64,000 bases of DNA from the NCBI GenBank assembly GCA_964571525.1, contig CAZNBY010000006.1, positions 13,773-77,772 on the forward strand, given 5' to 3'. Below, piece by piece: positions 29,939 to 38,929 of the stretch. Within the stretch, counting starts at the first letter, position 1. Every line of letters starts with the position of its first letter. Source of the DNA: an uncultured Planctomycetota bacterium (lineage in GTDB: Bacteria; Planctomycetota; B143-G9). The position numbers and the translations under genes are program-made. The notes beneath the pieces are model-generated. The model saw only the letters and a list, made by a program, of their open reading frames with translations. It was not told the DNA's origin and ran no database searches.

Positions 29939-31072
29939 TCAGTCAACCAATATCCCGCCTCGGAAATCAGTATTAGGGGATACCTTCAGGAGTTCCCTGT
30001 TCTGTAAGTCAAAACCGACTTCGATTATCTTGCCAGACGCATCTTGATAGATGATCGAGTCTTCAGCTTCAAACGCAAGATCATGACTACCCATGTTATG
30101 CTTAAAGCTATGTCGGATTTCATATTTGTAATAATAATAGATGTTTTCTTCATTAAGCAGCAACAAATCACCATTATCATATTTAAATATGCATATTCGA
30201 TTATACGAAACTTCTTCTAAAGGCTCAGCATACCAACTATGAACTTCCTCGAAGGTATGGGAAAACAATTTTAATCCCTGATACTCGCGCAAAAGCACAT
30301 ATTCTGAAGATACATACAATAGTGGCCAACTATGACAGTGCGGAGCATAATAAGCGTTCCTTTTAGTAATAGAAATACTATCATCTGAGATTTGATAGAC
30401 ACTGAATACATCAGCCCTTTCAGATATAATAACGCCTAAAACAGGATTGAAGTGATATATATTAGGATCATCCTCATCCTCATCCTCATCCTCATCCTCA
30501 TGATCTATATTATACTTTGTTGGTAGTTTTTCATGCAATTTTATCGAGACCAGTTCTCCATCGTTGATATTTATTAAGTGAAGCAAATTGCTCCCAAGAC
30601 GACAATCTTCGTCAGAAAGCCAAATGTTGCCCGACTTGTCTATGCCTTCATTTCTGCAATGGCGCAGTTCGCCCGCTCGTTCTTTATCGTAGATCGTTGT
30701 GAGGCAATCAGCCCCATATTTACAGACGACATCATGTCTCTTAATACCCTTTGTTACCATATACATCACATAGGGGTGCTGGTATCTAATATCGTCGCCT
30801 TTCACCTCATACTCATTGAAGTTTTCAGGCGATGCCTTTTGCGCAAAGCGTATCTTGTTCTGCACACTTGAGTGTAATACAAGCCGATCACCTGCAACGC
30901 CAATCAACTTAAAGCTTTTGTACAAGGTTTCGGTGCAGACAGGCGGCTTTGGTGGTTCTAATGGTACAAACGGAAGCATTTGTTTACCGAGCAGAGTATA
31001 GGCATATATGCTCAGACACGCCACCGCCAGCCATATCGAGGCCTCAAGAACAACGACTGATTGTCTTCTCAC
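29939..31072 (-). CDS. Hypothetical N-terminally anchored protein with an acidic (ED)n tract
   Basis: TM anchor IWLAVACLSIYAYTLL. DHEDEDEDEDEDD encoded by a hexanucleotide repeat. Markedly AT-rich. Confidence 0.4.
   Translation of the reverse strand: MRRQSVVVLEASIWLAVACLSIYAYTLLGKQMLPFVPLEPPKPPVCTETLYKSFKLIGVAGDRLVLHSSVQNKIRFAQKASPENFNEYEVKGDDIRYQHPYVMYMVTKGIKRHDVVCKYGADCLTTIYDKERAGELRHCRNEGIDKSGNIWLSDEDCRLGSNLLHLININDGELVSIKLHEKLPTKYNIDHEDEDEDEDEDDPNIYHFNPVLGVIISERADVFSVYQISDDSISITKRNAYYAPHCHSWPLLYVSSEYVLLREYQGLKLFSHTFEEVHSWYAEPLEEVSYNRICIFKYDNGDLLLLNEENIYYYYKYEIRHSFKHNMGSHDLAFEAEDSIIYQDASGKIIEVGFDLQNRELLKVSPNTDFRGGILVD
30468..30500. repeat. In-frame hexanucleotide microsatellite (CATCCT)x5 encoding (ED)n on the minus strand
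   Basis: ggatcatcctcatcctcatcctcatcctcatcctcatga. Confidence 0.8.
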
Positions 31073-31180
31073 AGTTCCTCCTCGATGCGTCTTGCTGAGG
31101 ACAACAATCTTTGCTTCGCTTGGGATTCCGTGTTTTTAATGCTCAAAGATTTCTGCGATGTGAAAGCTAAAAACTGCTAA

Positions 31181-31216
31181 GCGAGGCAGGCGGCAGTAGG
31201 TTGCCGCCTGCTTCGC
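31181..31216 (-). terminator. GC-rich hairpin downstream of the flotillin gene
   Basis: GCGAGGCAGGCGGCA-gtaggt-TGCCGCCTGCTTCGC, a 15-bp stem with 1 mismatch. A T-run lies 7 nt downstream on the minus strand. Confidence 0.45.
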
Positions 31217-31244
31217 ATAAAGACTCAAATTAACAAGCGATGCT

Positions 31245-32756
31245 TTATCGTTTCTTTAAATCATCCGGTTTGATCAGCGTAGGCTCTTCGCCTTCGCTCT
31301 TCTTATTCTCATCTGGCACCGCTTTGCCAAGGAACTCAGGCAGTTCGAGACCGACCATCTTTGCAAGCTGATGCATTGGAGGAAGCGTACCCATCAACCT
31401 CTTTCCAAGGTTGTTCAGGCCACCTTCGCCACCACCATCCCAGACAAATACCTTTTCGATAGGCAGATCCTTGATTGCCTGAGCTTGGATGCCAGCGATA
31501 TCGGTAAGCTTTTCGATGAGCAGCAACGCCGCAGTGAGTGAAGGTTCTGAATTGCATGCCTGAACAAGCGCGCGGTATCCTGCAGCTTTAGCGTCGAGGA
31601 TAGCCTGTATGCCTCGGGCTTCGGCCTGCATTTTAAGTACAACGGCTTCAGCTTGGCCAGTTGCGATGCGAATCGCGCGTTCCTTTTCAGCATCAGCATT
31701 GATGATTGTTTTCTGCTTTTCGGCTTCTGCTGGAACAACAATTTCAGCCTTATACCGGGAGGCCTCGCGCAGTGCTCGCGCATCTTCTGCCTCTTTCTCG
31801 GCCAACTCCTGTGCAACGCGAATGGCTCCATCGGCCTTTTTCTGCGCTGAAAAACCCTTTTGACGGGCATCTTCCTCGGCAACTTTCTGATCTGCGCGAT
31901 ATGCAGCTTTCTTCGCCTCTGCTTGAGTTTCTGACTCAACAGCTTCTGCGTCAAGGCCCGCGACATTCTGACGGCGGTCCCTATCGGCTTTAGACTCGCC
32001 GATTACAGCAAGAGCATTTGCCTCAGCAACTGCCTTTCTGCGGTCGCGCTCGCGCTCAGCTACACCGGTTTTTCCGCGCTTTTCCTGTTCAGCAACATCA
32101 ACCAGAGCCTGATTTATAGCCTCAGCAGCAGCCTTTCTACCAAGAGCCTGTATATAACCACTCTCGTCCTCGATGTCCTTTATGTTAACATTGATAACAG
32201 AGAGGCCAATCTTTTCAAGCTCGTACGATACAGCTTCGTTCACCTTAAACATAAAGGCTTGGCGGTCGCGGTTAATCTCCTCGATTTGCATTGTGGCGAT
32301 AACAGCGCGCATCTGGCCGAGAATAATATCCTCAGCCTGCTTGCGTATCTCCTGCTCTTTCAGACCAAGAAGACGAATCGAGGCATTTTCGATGATTCCC
32401 GGCTCAATGCTAACTGCCGCGGTAACAGTTGTAGGAACAGAGACGCGAATGTTCTCTTGAGAAAGTGCGCTTGTAAGCTCGATTGGGACAACGAATGGCT
32501 CAAGATCAAGCCAAGCATATGACTGGATGATAGGCCACACAAATGCTGCACCTCCATGAATGCACTTTGCTGCCCCCTTCCCCGTTTTGCCGTATATAAC
32601 AAGCACCTTGTTCGAGGGGCATCGCTTGTATCTGCGCACAAGCGTTATGAAGACAACAAACGCCACAATGACGACAATGACACCAAGCAGGAACTGGATT
32701 GGCACATTGGACTCATATGCGGCTGAAAGACGCAGAAAACTAAGGTAACCACTCAT
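31245..32756 (-). CDS. Flotillin-like SPFH/band-7 protein (YqiK/FloT type)
   Basis: N-terminal TM, SPFH domain, long EA-rich coiled-coil (AEEDARQKG...EAEKQKTI...), C-terminal flotillin tail. Confidence 0.85.
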   Translation of the reverse strand: MSGYLSFLRLSAAYESNVPIQFLLGVIVVIVAFVVFITLVRRYKRCPSNKVLVIYGKTGKGAAKCIHGGAAFVWPIIQSYAWLDLEPFVVPIELTSALSQENIRVSVPTTVTAAVSIEPGIIENASIRLLGLKEQEIRKQAEDIILGQMRAVIATMQIEEINRDRQAFMFKVNEAVSYELEKIGLSVINVNIKDIEDESGYIQALGRKAAAEAINQALVDVAEQEKRGKTGVAERERDRRKAVAEANALAVIGESKADRDRRQNVAGLDAEAVESETQAEAKKAAYRADQKVAEEDARQKGFSAQKKADGAIRVAQELAEKEAEDARALREASRYKAEIVVPAEAEKQKTIINADAEKERAIRIATGQAEAVVLKMQAEARGIQAILDAKAAGYRALVQACNSEPSLTAALLLIEKLTDIAGIQAQAIKDLPIEKVFVWDGGGEGGLNNLGKRLMGTLPPMHQLAKMVGLELPEFLGKAVPDENKKSEGEEPTLIKPDDLKKR

Positions 32757-32807
32757 TCTCCATCCTCCTTATTTGTATGAAGTAAGTGTGACCGTTGAGG
32801 CCGTAGT

Positions 32808-33413
32808 TTACAGCTTGACCACTTCGACAGTCTTGGCGTCAATTATCTTTTTGACCAAGACCTTGGTGCCTGCGGGTAGGCTTTCATTATTTGCGCTCCG
32901 TGCAGCGACACAGCATAGCCTTCCGCTCATCATGATGCGGACCTGGCCCAGTTTTCCATCCTTGATGTCCATGTACACTTCACCATGGGTGTTAAGAGAG
33001 GTCTGAATTGAAGCATTACCGGTCTCCTGCATTCTGAGAAGTTGCCAGAACAACCAGGACACAAGGACCATTGCGACAATACCCCAAAGAGCGCTGTATA
33101 GCATAGCTTTGATGTAGGAAAAATGTATTGAACCTTCGTCTGCGAGGAAAAGGAAACCGGCCCAAGAAAAAAGAAGCAGAAAGGCCACAATCGAGCGGAT
33201 TGAAAACAGCTTGAAGGCAATCATGGTGCCTTCGCCTGCATGGTCGGCAGAATCGCCAGCAGTATGCGAGGTTTCGGAAGCGTCAAAATCGGCATCTGCG
33301 GTTAGGCCAATCAAAGCCATGATGAACTGCCAAGCAAATATCAACGAGAAAAAAATCGCCAGGCAGAAGAACACCTGACGCATTAAGCTCAAGCCTTCCC
33401 AAAACTCTTGCAT
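32808..33413 (-). CDS. NfeD-like (YqiJ-type) membrane protein partner of flotillin
   Basis: Multi-TM N-terminus plus C-terminal OB-fold-like GEVYMDIKDGKLGQVRIMMSG...VLVKKIIDAKTVEVV. Lies directly upstream of the flotillin gene. Confidence 0.65.
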   Translation of the reverse strand: MQEFWEGLSLMRQVFFCLAIFFSLIFAWQFIMALIGLTADADFDASETSHTAGDSADHAGEGTMIAFKLFSIRSIVAFLLLFSWAGFLFLADEGSIHFSYIKAMLYSALWGIVAMVLVSWLFWQLLRMQETGNASIQTSLNTHGEVYMDIKDGKLGQVRIMMSGRLCCVAARSANNESLPAGTKVLVKKIIDAKTVEVVKL

Positions 33414-33635
33414 GCTTCCTCCACGATATTGGCTTGAACAGGCGGTTCAAGCGGTTATACACGGCAACGATTCAGCAAGATAGCATAGCGATTTTCGTGT
33501 TATCAATATATGAAACACCGATAATACTACAACACTTTGAGAAAAAAAGTTGATGTTTTTTCTTCAAAAGATATTACGAGAATTATTCAGTTTGCATTAC
33601 GCTGCCTGAATAAACTGCAGATATTTGTTTCGCGG

Positions 33636-34736
33636 TTAGTCACCTTTCCCGAACAACCTTAGCAACCAGGCGAAGAATCCAGCTTTTTTAGGCCTTGATG
33701 CATCAACCTTGATTATCTGAGATTCACCCGTTACTGCGCGACGGCAGTAGATTGAGAAGCGACCAAGAAGTATCTCGTCTCCGGGTCGCACCATGCGCCC
33801 CGTTACTACCTTCTCAAGATTCACATAAACGCCTGATGCTGTGCCCATGTCGTCTATTAAAAGGCTGGTGCCGTCGAACGAAATTCTCGCGTGCTGGGGG
33901 GATACTCCGTCATCTTCGATGACAACATCGCAGTTTTTATCTTTGCCAAGCGTTACGGTGCCGTATGGAAGCTCGAATTTTCGCTCAGCGCCTTTTATAT
34001 TGAAGCACAGAACATAAGGAGACTTGCGGGTGTCGGTGTTCTTTTTAGCTGCAACCGGTGGAGCGGTGGGAGGTGGTGGAGGAGAGGAAGCTCTTCTTGC
34101 GTTCTCAACCTGCTGCATCATCTCAGACATGTCAATAAATGATGTTGAGCCTGAATCGGGTTGTTGAAGCTCGGGTGGAAGCTCCTTTTCTTCGTGCTGC
34201 GACAGGTCGGCTTTGTCCTGCTGGGTTACGATGTTTCGCATGTCAACATATTCTGTTGACGGTGCTTTTTGCTCGGGGGGCTTTCCACCGAACAATTTGC
34301 CCATATCAACATATTCTGTTGAGGGGGCTGATTTTTTGGCCTGAGGAGCCGACGAAACTGCAGCATTCATATCAATGAATGCTGTTGCCTCACTTGCGTC
34401 AACATCATCAGGTGCGGATTGCGGTTGAACCTGCACTGGTGCTGCAGTCGGAGCGACGAACAGAAATTCTGCTTCGCCAACGCGAATCTTCTCACCGCCT
34501 TTAAGCTCGCGAGTGATAATCTGTTCGCCGTTCACATTCGTGCCATTTGCCGAGCCAAGGTCTTTGACAATGACCTTACCGATTTGCACGACGATTTCAG
34601 CATGATGACGAGACATGCCAGATTGCTTGATGACAAGGTTGTTGTCATCTGACCTGCCGATAGAAAGTCGGGTGGTGAACTTGATAACCCGGCCCTCAAA
34701 ACCGGCACTGATACCGATGAGTTTGTACTCTTCCAT
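33636..34736 (-). CDS. Dual FHA-domain protein with internal [ST]x[YF][VI]DM repeat region
   Basis: N-terminal FHA (GRSDDNNLVI...SRHHAEI...DLGSANGTNVNGE). C-terminal FHA (GKDKNCDVVI...SPQHARI...DMGTASGVYVN). Four TEYVDM/FIDM motifs lie between them. Confidence 0.8.
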   Translation of the reverse strand: MEEYKLIGISAGFEGRVIKFTTRLSIGRSDDNNLVIKQSGMSRHHAEIVVQIGKVIVKDLGSANGTNVNGEQIITRELKGGEKIRVGEAEFLFVAPTAAPVQVQPQSAPDDVDASEATAFIDMNAAVSSAPQAKKSAPSTEYVDMGKLFGGKPPEQKAPSTEYVDMRNIVTQQDKADLSQHEEKELPPELQQPDSGSTSFIDMSEMMQQVENARRASSPPPPPTAPPVAAKKNTDTRKSPYVLCFNIKGAERKFELPYGTVTLGKDKNCDVVIEDDGVSPQHARISFDGTSLLIDDMGTASGVYVNLEKVVTGRMVRPGDEILLGRFSIYCRRAVTGESQIIKVDASRPKKAGFFAWLLRLFGKGD

Positions 34737-34839
34737 CCAGACTCCCGTTTGGTATATTGTTGCACAAAATGCTGAGATGTCAAGCAGACCGATTTGAATT
34801 GTTCTGGAAAGCCGTTAGAATGGGCTTTCGGGAGGTTTT

Positions 34840-35979
34840 ATGGATTTCGTTACAACGCTTTTAGAGCGCATAGAAAATGCACTTGAAACGCTTGTTGTCG
34901 GCGTACCAGTATGGCGTTTTGTGCTTGCCGCACTTATAATCACGGTTGCATTGATCGCCCGCAGACTAATTGCGACGCTGCTAAGCAAGCTGATGTCCAA
35001 CTTCGCCGCAAAGACAGACACAAATCTTGACGATTACATTCTCGAGGCTGCCTATCGCCCAATGCAGTGGGCAATCGTGGTCATTGGTACAGAGATCGCG
35101 GTTCTTACTTTCCCGTGGCTGACAATCGCGGGTTCTGAAGAAGCCCATGTTGCGCTCGAGAAGAGCTTTATGAACATATTCGCGCTGTTCTATATATGGA
35201 TAGGCGCGTTTTTCTTATGGCAGCTTGTCGAGAAACTTGGTCTTCTGTTCTTAGAGAAGCGCACGGAGGAGGAAAAAAAGACCAACATCTCGATTGTCGT
35301 TGTTACGATGCGGAAGTTCTTAAGGATTCTGATCATTGTGATCGCCGCTGCAATGACACTCGAACGGCTTGGGCAGGACATAAAGATGATCCTCGCCTCA
35401 TTCACTGTCATTTCTGCCGCCCTTGCGTTTGCGGGTCGAGATGCGATCGCGAATGTATTTGCCGCTATTGTGCTGAGCGTAGATCGTCCGTTTTCGATAG
35501 GCGATTGGGTAGTTGTCGGTGGCACAGAGGGAACAATAGAAGAGTTGGGTATGCGTTCAACAAAGATCCGTACATTTGCCAAATCTCTTGTGCATATTCC
35601 CAACAATCAACTTATGAACATGACCATAGAGAACATGTCGGCGAGGCCTATGCAGCGTGTACGGGCTAATTTCGGCATAACCTATGACAGCGACCCCGAG
35701 AAAGTCGAACAACTTGTCGCCGGTATTCGCAAGATCATCGAGTCGAATCCACGAACTTACAAAGACTACATTCAGGTCTGGTTCACAGAACTTGCGAGCG
35801 ATAATCTGTCAATAATGCTCTATTTCTTCATCGAATCGAAGGTGTGGGCCGAATTTCTTGAGGAACGCCAGCGGATTTACATTGATATTATGAAGCTTGT
35901 AAAGCGCATGGATCTCGAATTCGCCTTCCCGACCCAGACTATCTTTCTGCACGAGGATCAGAAGGAGCTTCCAAAGTAG
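34840..35979 (+). CDS. Mechanosensitive ion channel (MscS family)
   Basis: Three TMs followed by SIGDWVVVGGTEGTIEELGMRSTKIRT, the conserved MscS beta-domain. Confidence 0.85.
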   Translation: MDFVTTLLERIENALETLVVGVPVWRFVLAALIITVALIARRLIATLLSKLMSNFAAKTDTNLDDYILEAAYRPMQWAIVVIGTEIAVLTFPWLTIAGSEEAHVALEKSFMNIFALFYIWIGAFFLWQLVEKLGLLFLEKRTEEEKKTNISIVVVTMRKFLRILIIVIAAAMTLERLGQDIKMILASFTVISAALAFAGRDAIANVFAAIVLSVDRPFSIGDWVVVGGTEGTIEELGMRSTKIRTFAKSLVHIPNNQLMNMTIENMSARPMQRVRANFGITYDSDPEKVEQLVAGIRKIIESNPRTYKDYIQVWFTELASDNLSIMLYFFIESKVWAEFLEERQRIYIDIMKLVKRMDLEFAFPTQTIFLHEDQKELPK

Positions 35980-35985
35980 CGGGCG

Positions 35986-38844
35986 TCAGAATTCTGTATC
36001 GCTTTCAACCTTGGGTTCAAGCGGCAGTTTTATTGTGAATGCTGCGCCCATTCCGACCCCTTCGGAATGGGCAGTTATCGAACCGCCCATCGCCTTCATC
36101 AGATTAAAGGATGAATGGAGACCGAAACCGGAACCACCCTTGGCTTTCTTGGTGCTAAAACCGAAGCCGAACAACTGAGCACCAGTCTCTTTTGAAAAAC
36201 CAATTCCGCTGTCGGTCACCCTTATCTCAATCATGCGAGTCGTTGGGTCAAAGCTCGTCTCGACCTTGATCTCTTTGTTTTCGCTTTGGGCAGCGTCAAT
36301 TGCCTCGATTGCGTTTTTCACCACATTTACAAGAACTTGCAGCAGTTTGTTCTTTTCGACCTTAACCTCGGGGACCTGCCCGAACTGGTAAGAATGCGAT
36401 ATCTTGCGCTTTGACATGGTCTCGCGATTCATCTCAATTGCATCAAGCACAAGCTTGGAAATCTGAATTGTCTCAATTATGCCTCGGATCATCGCGAAAG
36501 TGGCATGAAGCGAGATTATTTCTGTGATGTGCGATAGCTTCTCGCGGATGAATAGAGTGTTTTCTGTAATCTTCATGCGAGATTCAGCAAGTGCTTGCAC
36601 AAGGCTGAGCAGATAGTTGTGATACCTTTCCCAATTTTGCACCAACTCCTGTGCATCCAATTCTGCGATGTAACTCAGCTTTTTGTCGAACTGCACCGAA
36701 TTGAGCATGTCAGAAGCCTCGTTGAGTCGAACTCCGACAGAATTGATCGCATTTCCGATGTTATGCAATACCTCACCCGCGACTTGTACCATGCCTGCGC
36801 TGTGAGCATATTCAATCAACTGCTGTCGCGTTTCCCTCATGTCGCGCTCATGCTCTGCAAGCAATGTCGCCGTCTCGCGGCGAATGCTGGCGATCTCATG
36901 GTGAAGGCGCGAAATTACCGATGTATCGGTAAGGAACAGATATGTCTCGCCACTTGTTTTGTCCGACCTGATGCACTTAACATCTGCGCTTCCCGAACTT
37001 CCGTCAAACCGAATAAAGCTCACAGACCCTTTCCATATTTCACTTGTGCTGGCAAGAAACTGCCGCAGTTTCTTGTCGCTCGAATCGGCGAAGCCCAAGC
37101 CACTGAATATGTTGATGCCGAAAAGCTCGCGAGGGTCTGGGTATAAAAACAGGTCTGAGGCTGCCGAGTTGCAAAAAATTATGTTGCCCGCACCGTCAAG
37201 CCGCAAAACTCCTTCGAGCAACGATTGCATCATGTCTCGGGAATATTGCCGAAAACCTTCAAGCTCTTTTGAAGAGTCATGGCGTTGAGTATCGAGCTGT
37301 GCGTTTAAGCTGAGAACGCTTTGCTTAAGATCATCCTCAAGGCTCATGTCACGAACAAGTGTGATGCGAAAGTTCTCGTATCCAATTGTAATCTGCCGTT
37401 CGATTACTCCGACTGGTATTGTGGTCTCGTCCTTTTGCACCAATAACGGGCGAAATGTGTTGAATGAGGAATCGCCGGAAATATCCTTCTCTCGTTGTTC
37501 GCGTCGAAGCAAAGAGGTAATCTTCATCGAGTTCAGCTCATCGTGACTGTATCCTGATATGCTTACGATGGCTTTGTTACACTCGACAATGGTACCGTCC
37601 TCTCGTGACAACAAATAGCCATCAGGCAATAGGTCGGTAAGCTCTGTGAGCTTTAGGATGGTGCTTCTGTATTCTGCTTCCTTTTCATCAGAATATAGCA
37701 GGCGCAGGTTGTAGTCATGAAAGTAGTTATCGAACTCGTGCCAAAGCTCATCTGCCTCTGCAGGAAGAGATGCGGGTTTAACAGCATTCTCATCACCCTG
37801 AGAAATTGTGCGCACGCTTAATGTCAATTCTGAGAAAGCGTTTCGCAACCAAGATGCATAGAAGAAAGCGAGCAAGGCAAGAAGAATGATGAATGCAAGC
37901 AACATTAGAGTCTGTACGATAGAAAAGGGAGGAACAGACGCCAAGAGCTTTGCCTGATCGAAAAAGAGCACAAGCTTAAGGTTGCCTGATTTCATCTTAT
38001 TCACGAAGGCAATGAACTCGTTAGCTTTGACCTCGACGGTTGTTCCGACCGCGTTTTCCTGTAGTAATGTCTTAAGCTTCCATTCTATCTCCTCTCGAAC
38101 CGCAGCATCGTGCTTAACCGCGCTGAAAAGGCTTGAGAACACATGTCCATCAGAATCAAGGTCAAACCAGAGCTTTTTAGATACATCGTCAATAATCAAT
38201 GCACCAGACAAGCTGGGGTAGGAATACGCGACATCGAGAATGTCCTCTGAAAGGTCTGCAAGTGACAAAACGACTCCGAGCGAATTGCTTGTTGTCGGCG
38301 ACGAAATGCGCCAAAACCCCGCAACAGCGGGCACATTTGCGCGCCAAATGAAGGGTCTTGACCAGCAGAAACCTTCCTTGTTTTCTTCGCAGTTAAGAAC
38401 ATCCCACATCACGCTCTCTTCGAATATCTCAGAATCACGAGGAGGCAAAGGGTCGGGTATTATCTTGCCCCCAAAAACCACATACACCATAAGTGTGTTG
38501 GGAAGAAGACGGTTGATCTCTCCCTTTATGGTTCGAAGTGAGTCCACTGCTCTACTAATATCAACCTGCTCCGTTGCAAGAATTGTCTGCTGAAGCTCGG
38601 TTCGATACGCCATGGTCTTAAGCAGCGTCTCATACTTGCTCACATTTGCATTGAGCTGTGAGAGAATTGCAGAATTGCAGTGAGATGCAGATTCATTTAT
38701 GCTTGAGGTAACTCGTTCGCGCTGGTACTTGATGGAGTAGATAAAGAACCCAGTCAACACGACCAGAATTGGCACGACGAGCATTATCAATGCCCGCGAA
38801 AGTATATGGCGGTGATTGAACTTAAATATTGACAAATACACCAC
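35986..38844 (-). CDS. Membrane sensor histidine kinase with periplasmic sensor region and PAS domains
   Basis: Two TMs bracketing an extracytoplasmic domain. PAS segments. H-box region HNIGNAINSV. HATPase_c G-boxes DSGIGF / GGSGFGL. Confidence 0.85.
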   Translation of the reverse strand: MVYLSIFKFNHRHILSRALIMLVVPILVVLTGFFIYSIKYQRERVTSSINESASHCNSAILSQLNANVSKYETLLKTMAYRTELQQTILATEQVDISRAVDSLRTIKGEINRLLPNTLMVYVVFGGKIIPDPLPPRDSEIFEESVMWDVLNCEENKEGFCWSRPFIWRANVPAVAGFWRISSPTTSNSLGVVLSLADLSEDILDVAYSYPSLSGALIIDDVSKKLWFDLDSDGHVFSSLFSAVKHDAAVREEIEWKLKTLLQENAVGTTVEVKANEFIAFVNKMKSGNLKLVLFFDQAKLLASVPPFSIVQTLMLLAFIILLALLAFFYASWLRNAFSELTLSVRTISQGDENAVKPASLPAEADELWHEFDNYFHDYNLRLLYSDEKEAEYRSTILKLTELTDLLPDGYLLSREDGTIVECNKAIVSISGYSHDELNSMKITSLLRREQREKDISGDSSFNTFRPLLVQKDETTIPVGVIERQITIGYENFRITLVRDMSLEDDLKQSVLSLNAQLDTQRHDSSKELEGFRQYSRDMMQSLLEGVLRLDGAGNIIFCNSAASDLFLYPDPRELFGINIFSGLGFADSSDKKLRQFLASTSEIWKGSVSFIRFDGSSGSADVKCIRSDKTSGETYLFLTDTSVISRLHHEIASIRRETATLLAEHERDMRETRQQLIEYAHSAGMVQVAGEVLHNIGNAINSVGVRLNEASDMLNSVQFDKKLSYIAELDAQELVQNWERYHNYLLSLVQALAESRMKITENTLFIREKLSHITEIISLHATFAMIRGIIETIQISKLVLDAIEMNRETMSKRKISHSYQFGQVPEVKVEKNKLLQVLVNVVKNAIEAIDAAQSENKEIKVETSFDPTTRMIEIRVTDSGIGFSKETGAQLFGFGFSTKKAKGGSGFGLHSSFNLMKAMGGSITAHSEGVGMGAAFTIKLPLEPKVESDTEF

Positions 38845-38929
38845 CCATTAAACAGAGGGCGGAATAGCTAATTGCTATAGCATAATACTATCGAGGGCGA
38901 TAATTCTATCCGGCTTTGTCGTCTGTCGT

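Noticed and set aside
31415-31966. 183-aa Lys/Arg-rich minus-strand ORF inside the flotillin gene
   Set aside because: It is an alternative frame of the EA-repeat coiled-coil region of flotillin, and repetitive GC-rich codons keep the frame open. Not independent.
33530-33580. AT-rich imperfect inverted repeat downstream of the FHA gene as a terminator
   Set aside because: The stem is almost entirely A:T with mismatches. Too weak to call.
36595-37146. 183-aa antisense ORF within the histidine kinase gene
   Set aside because: It lies opposite a 952-aa gene with clear HK motifs. No supporting features.
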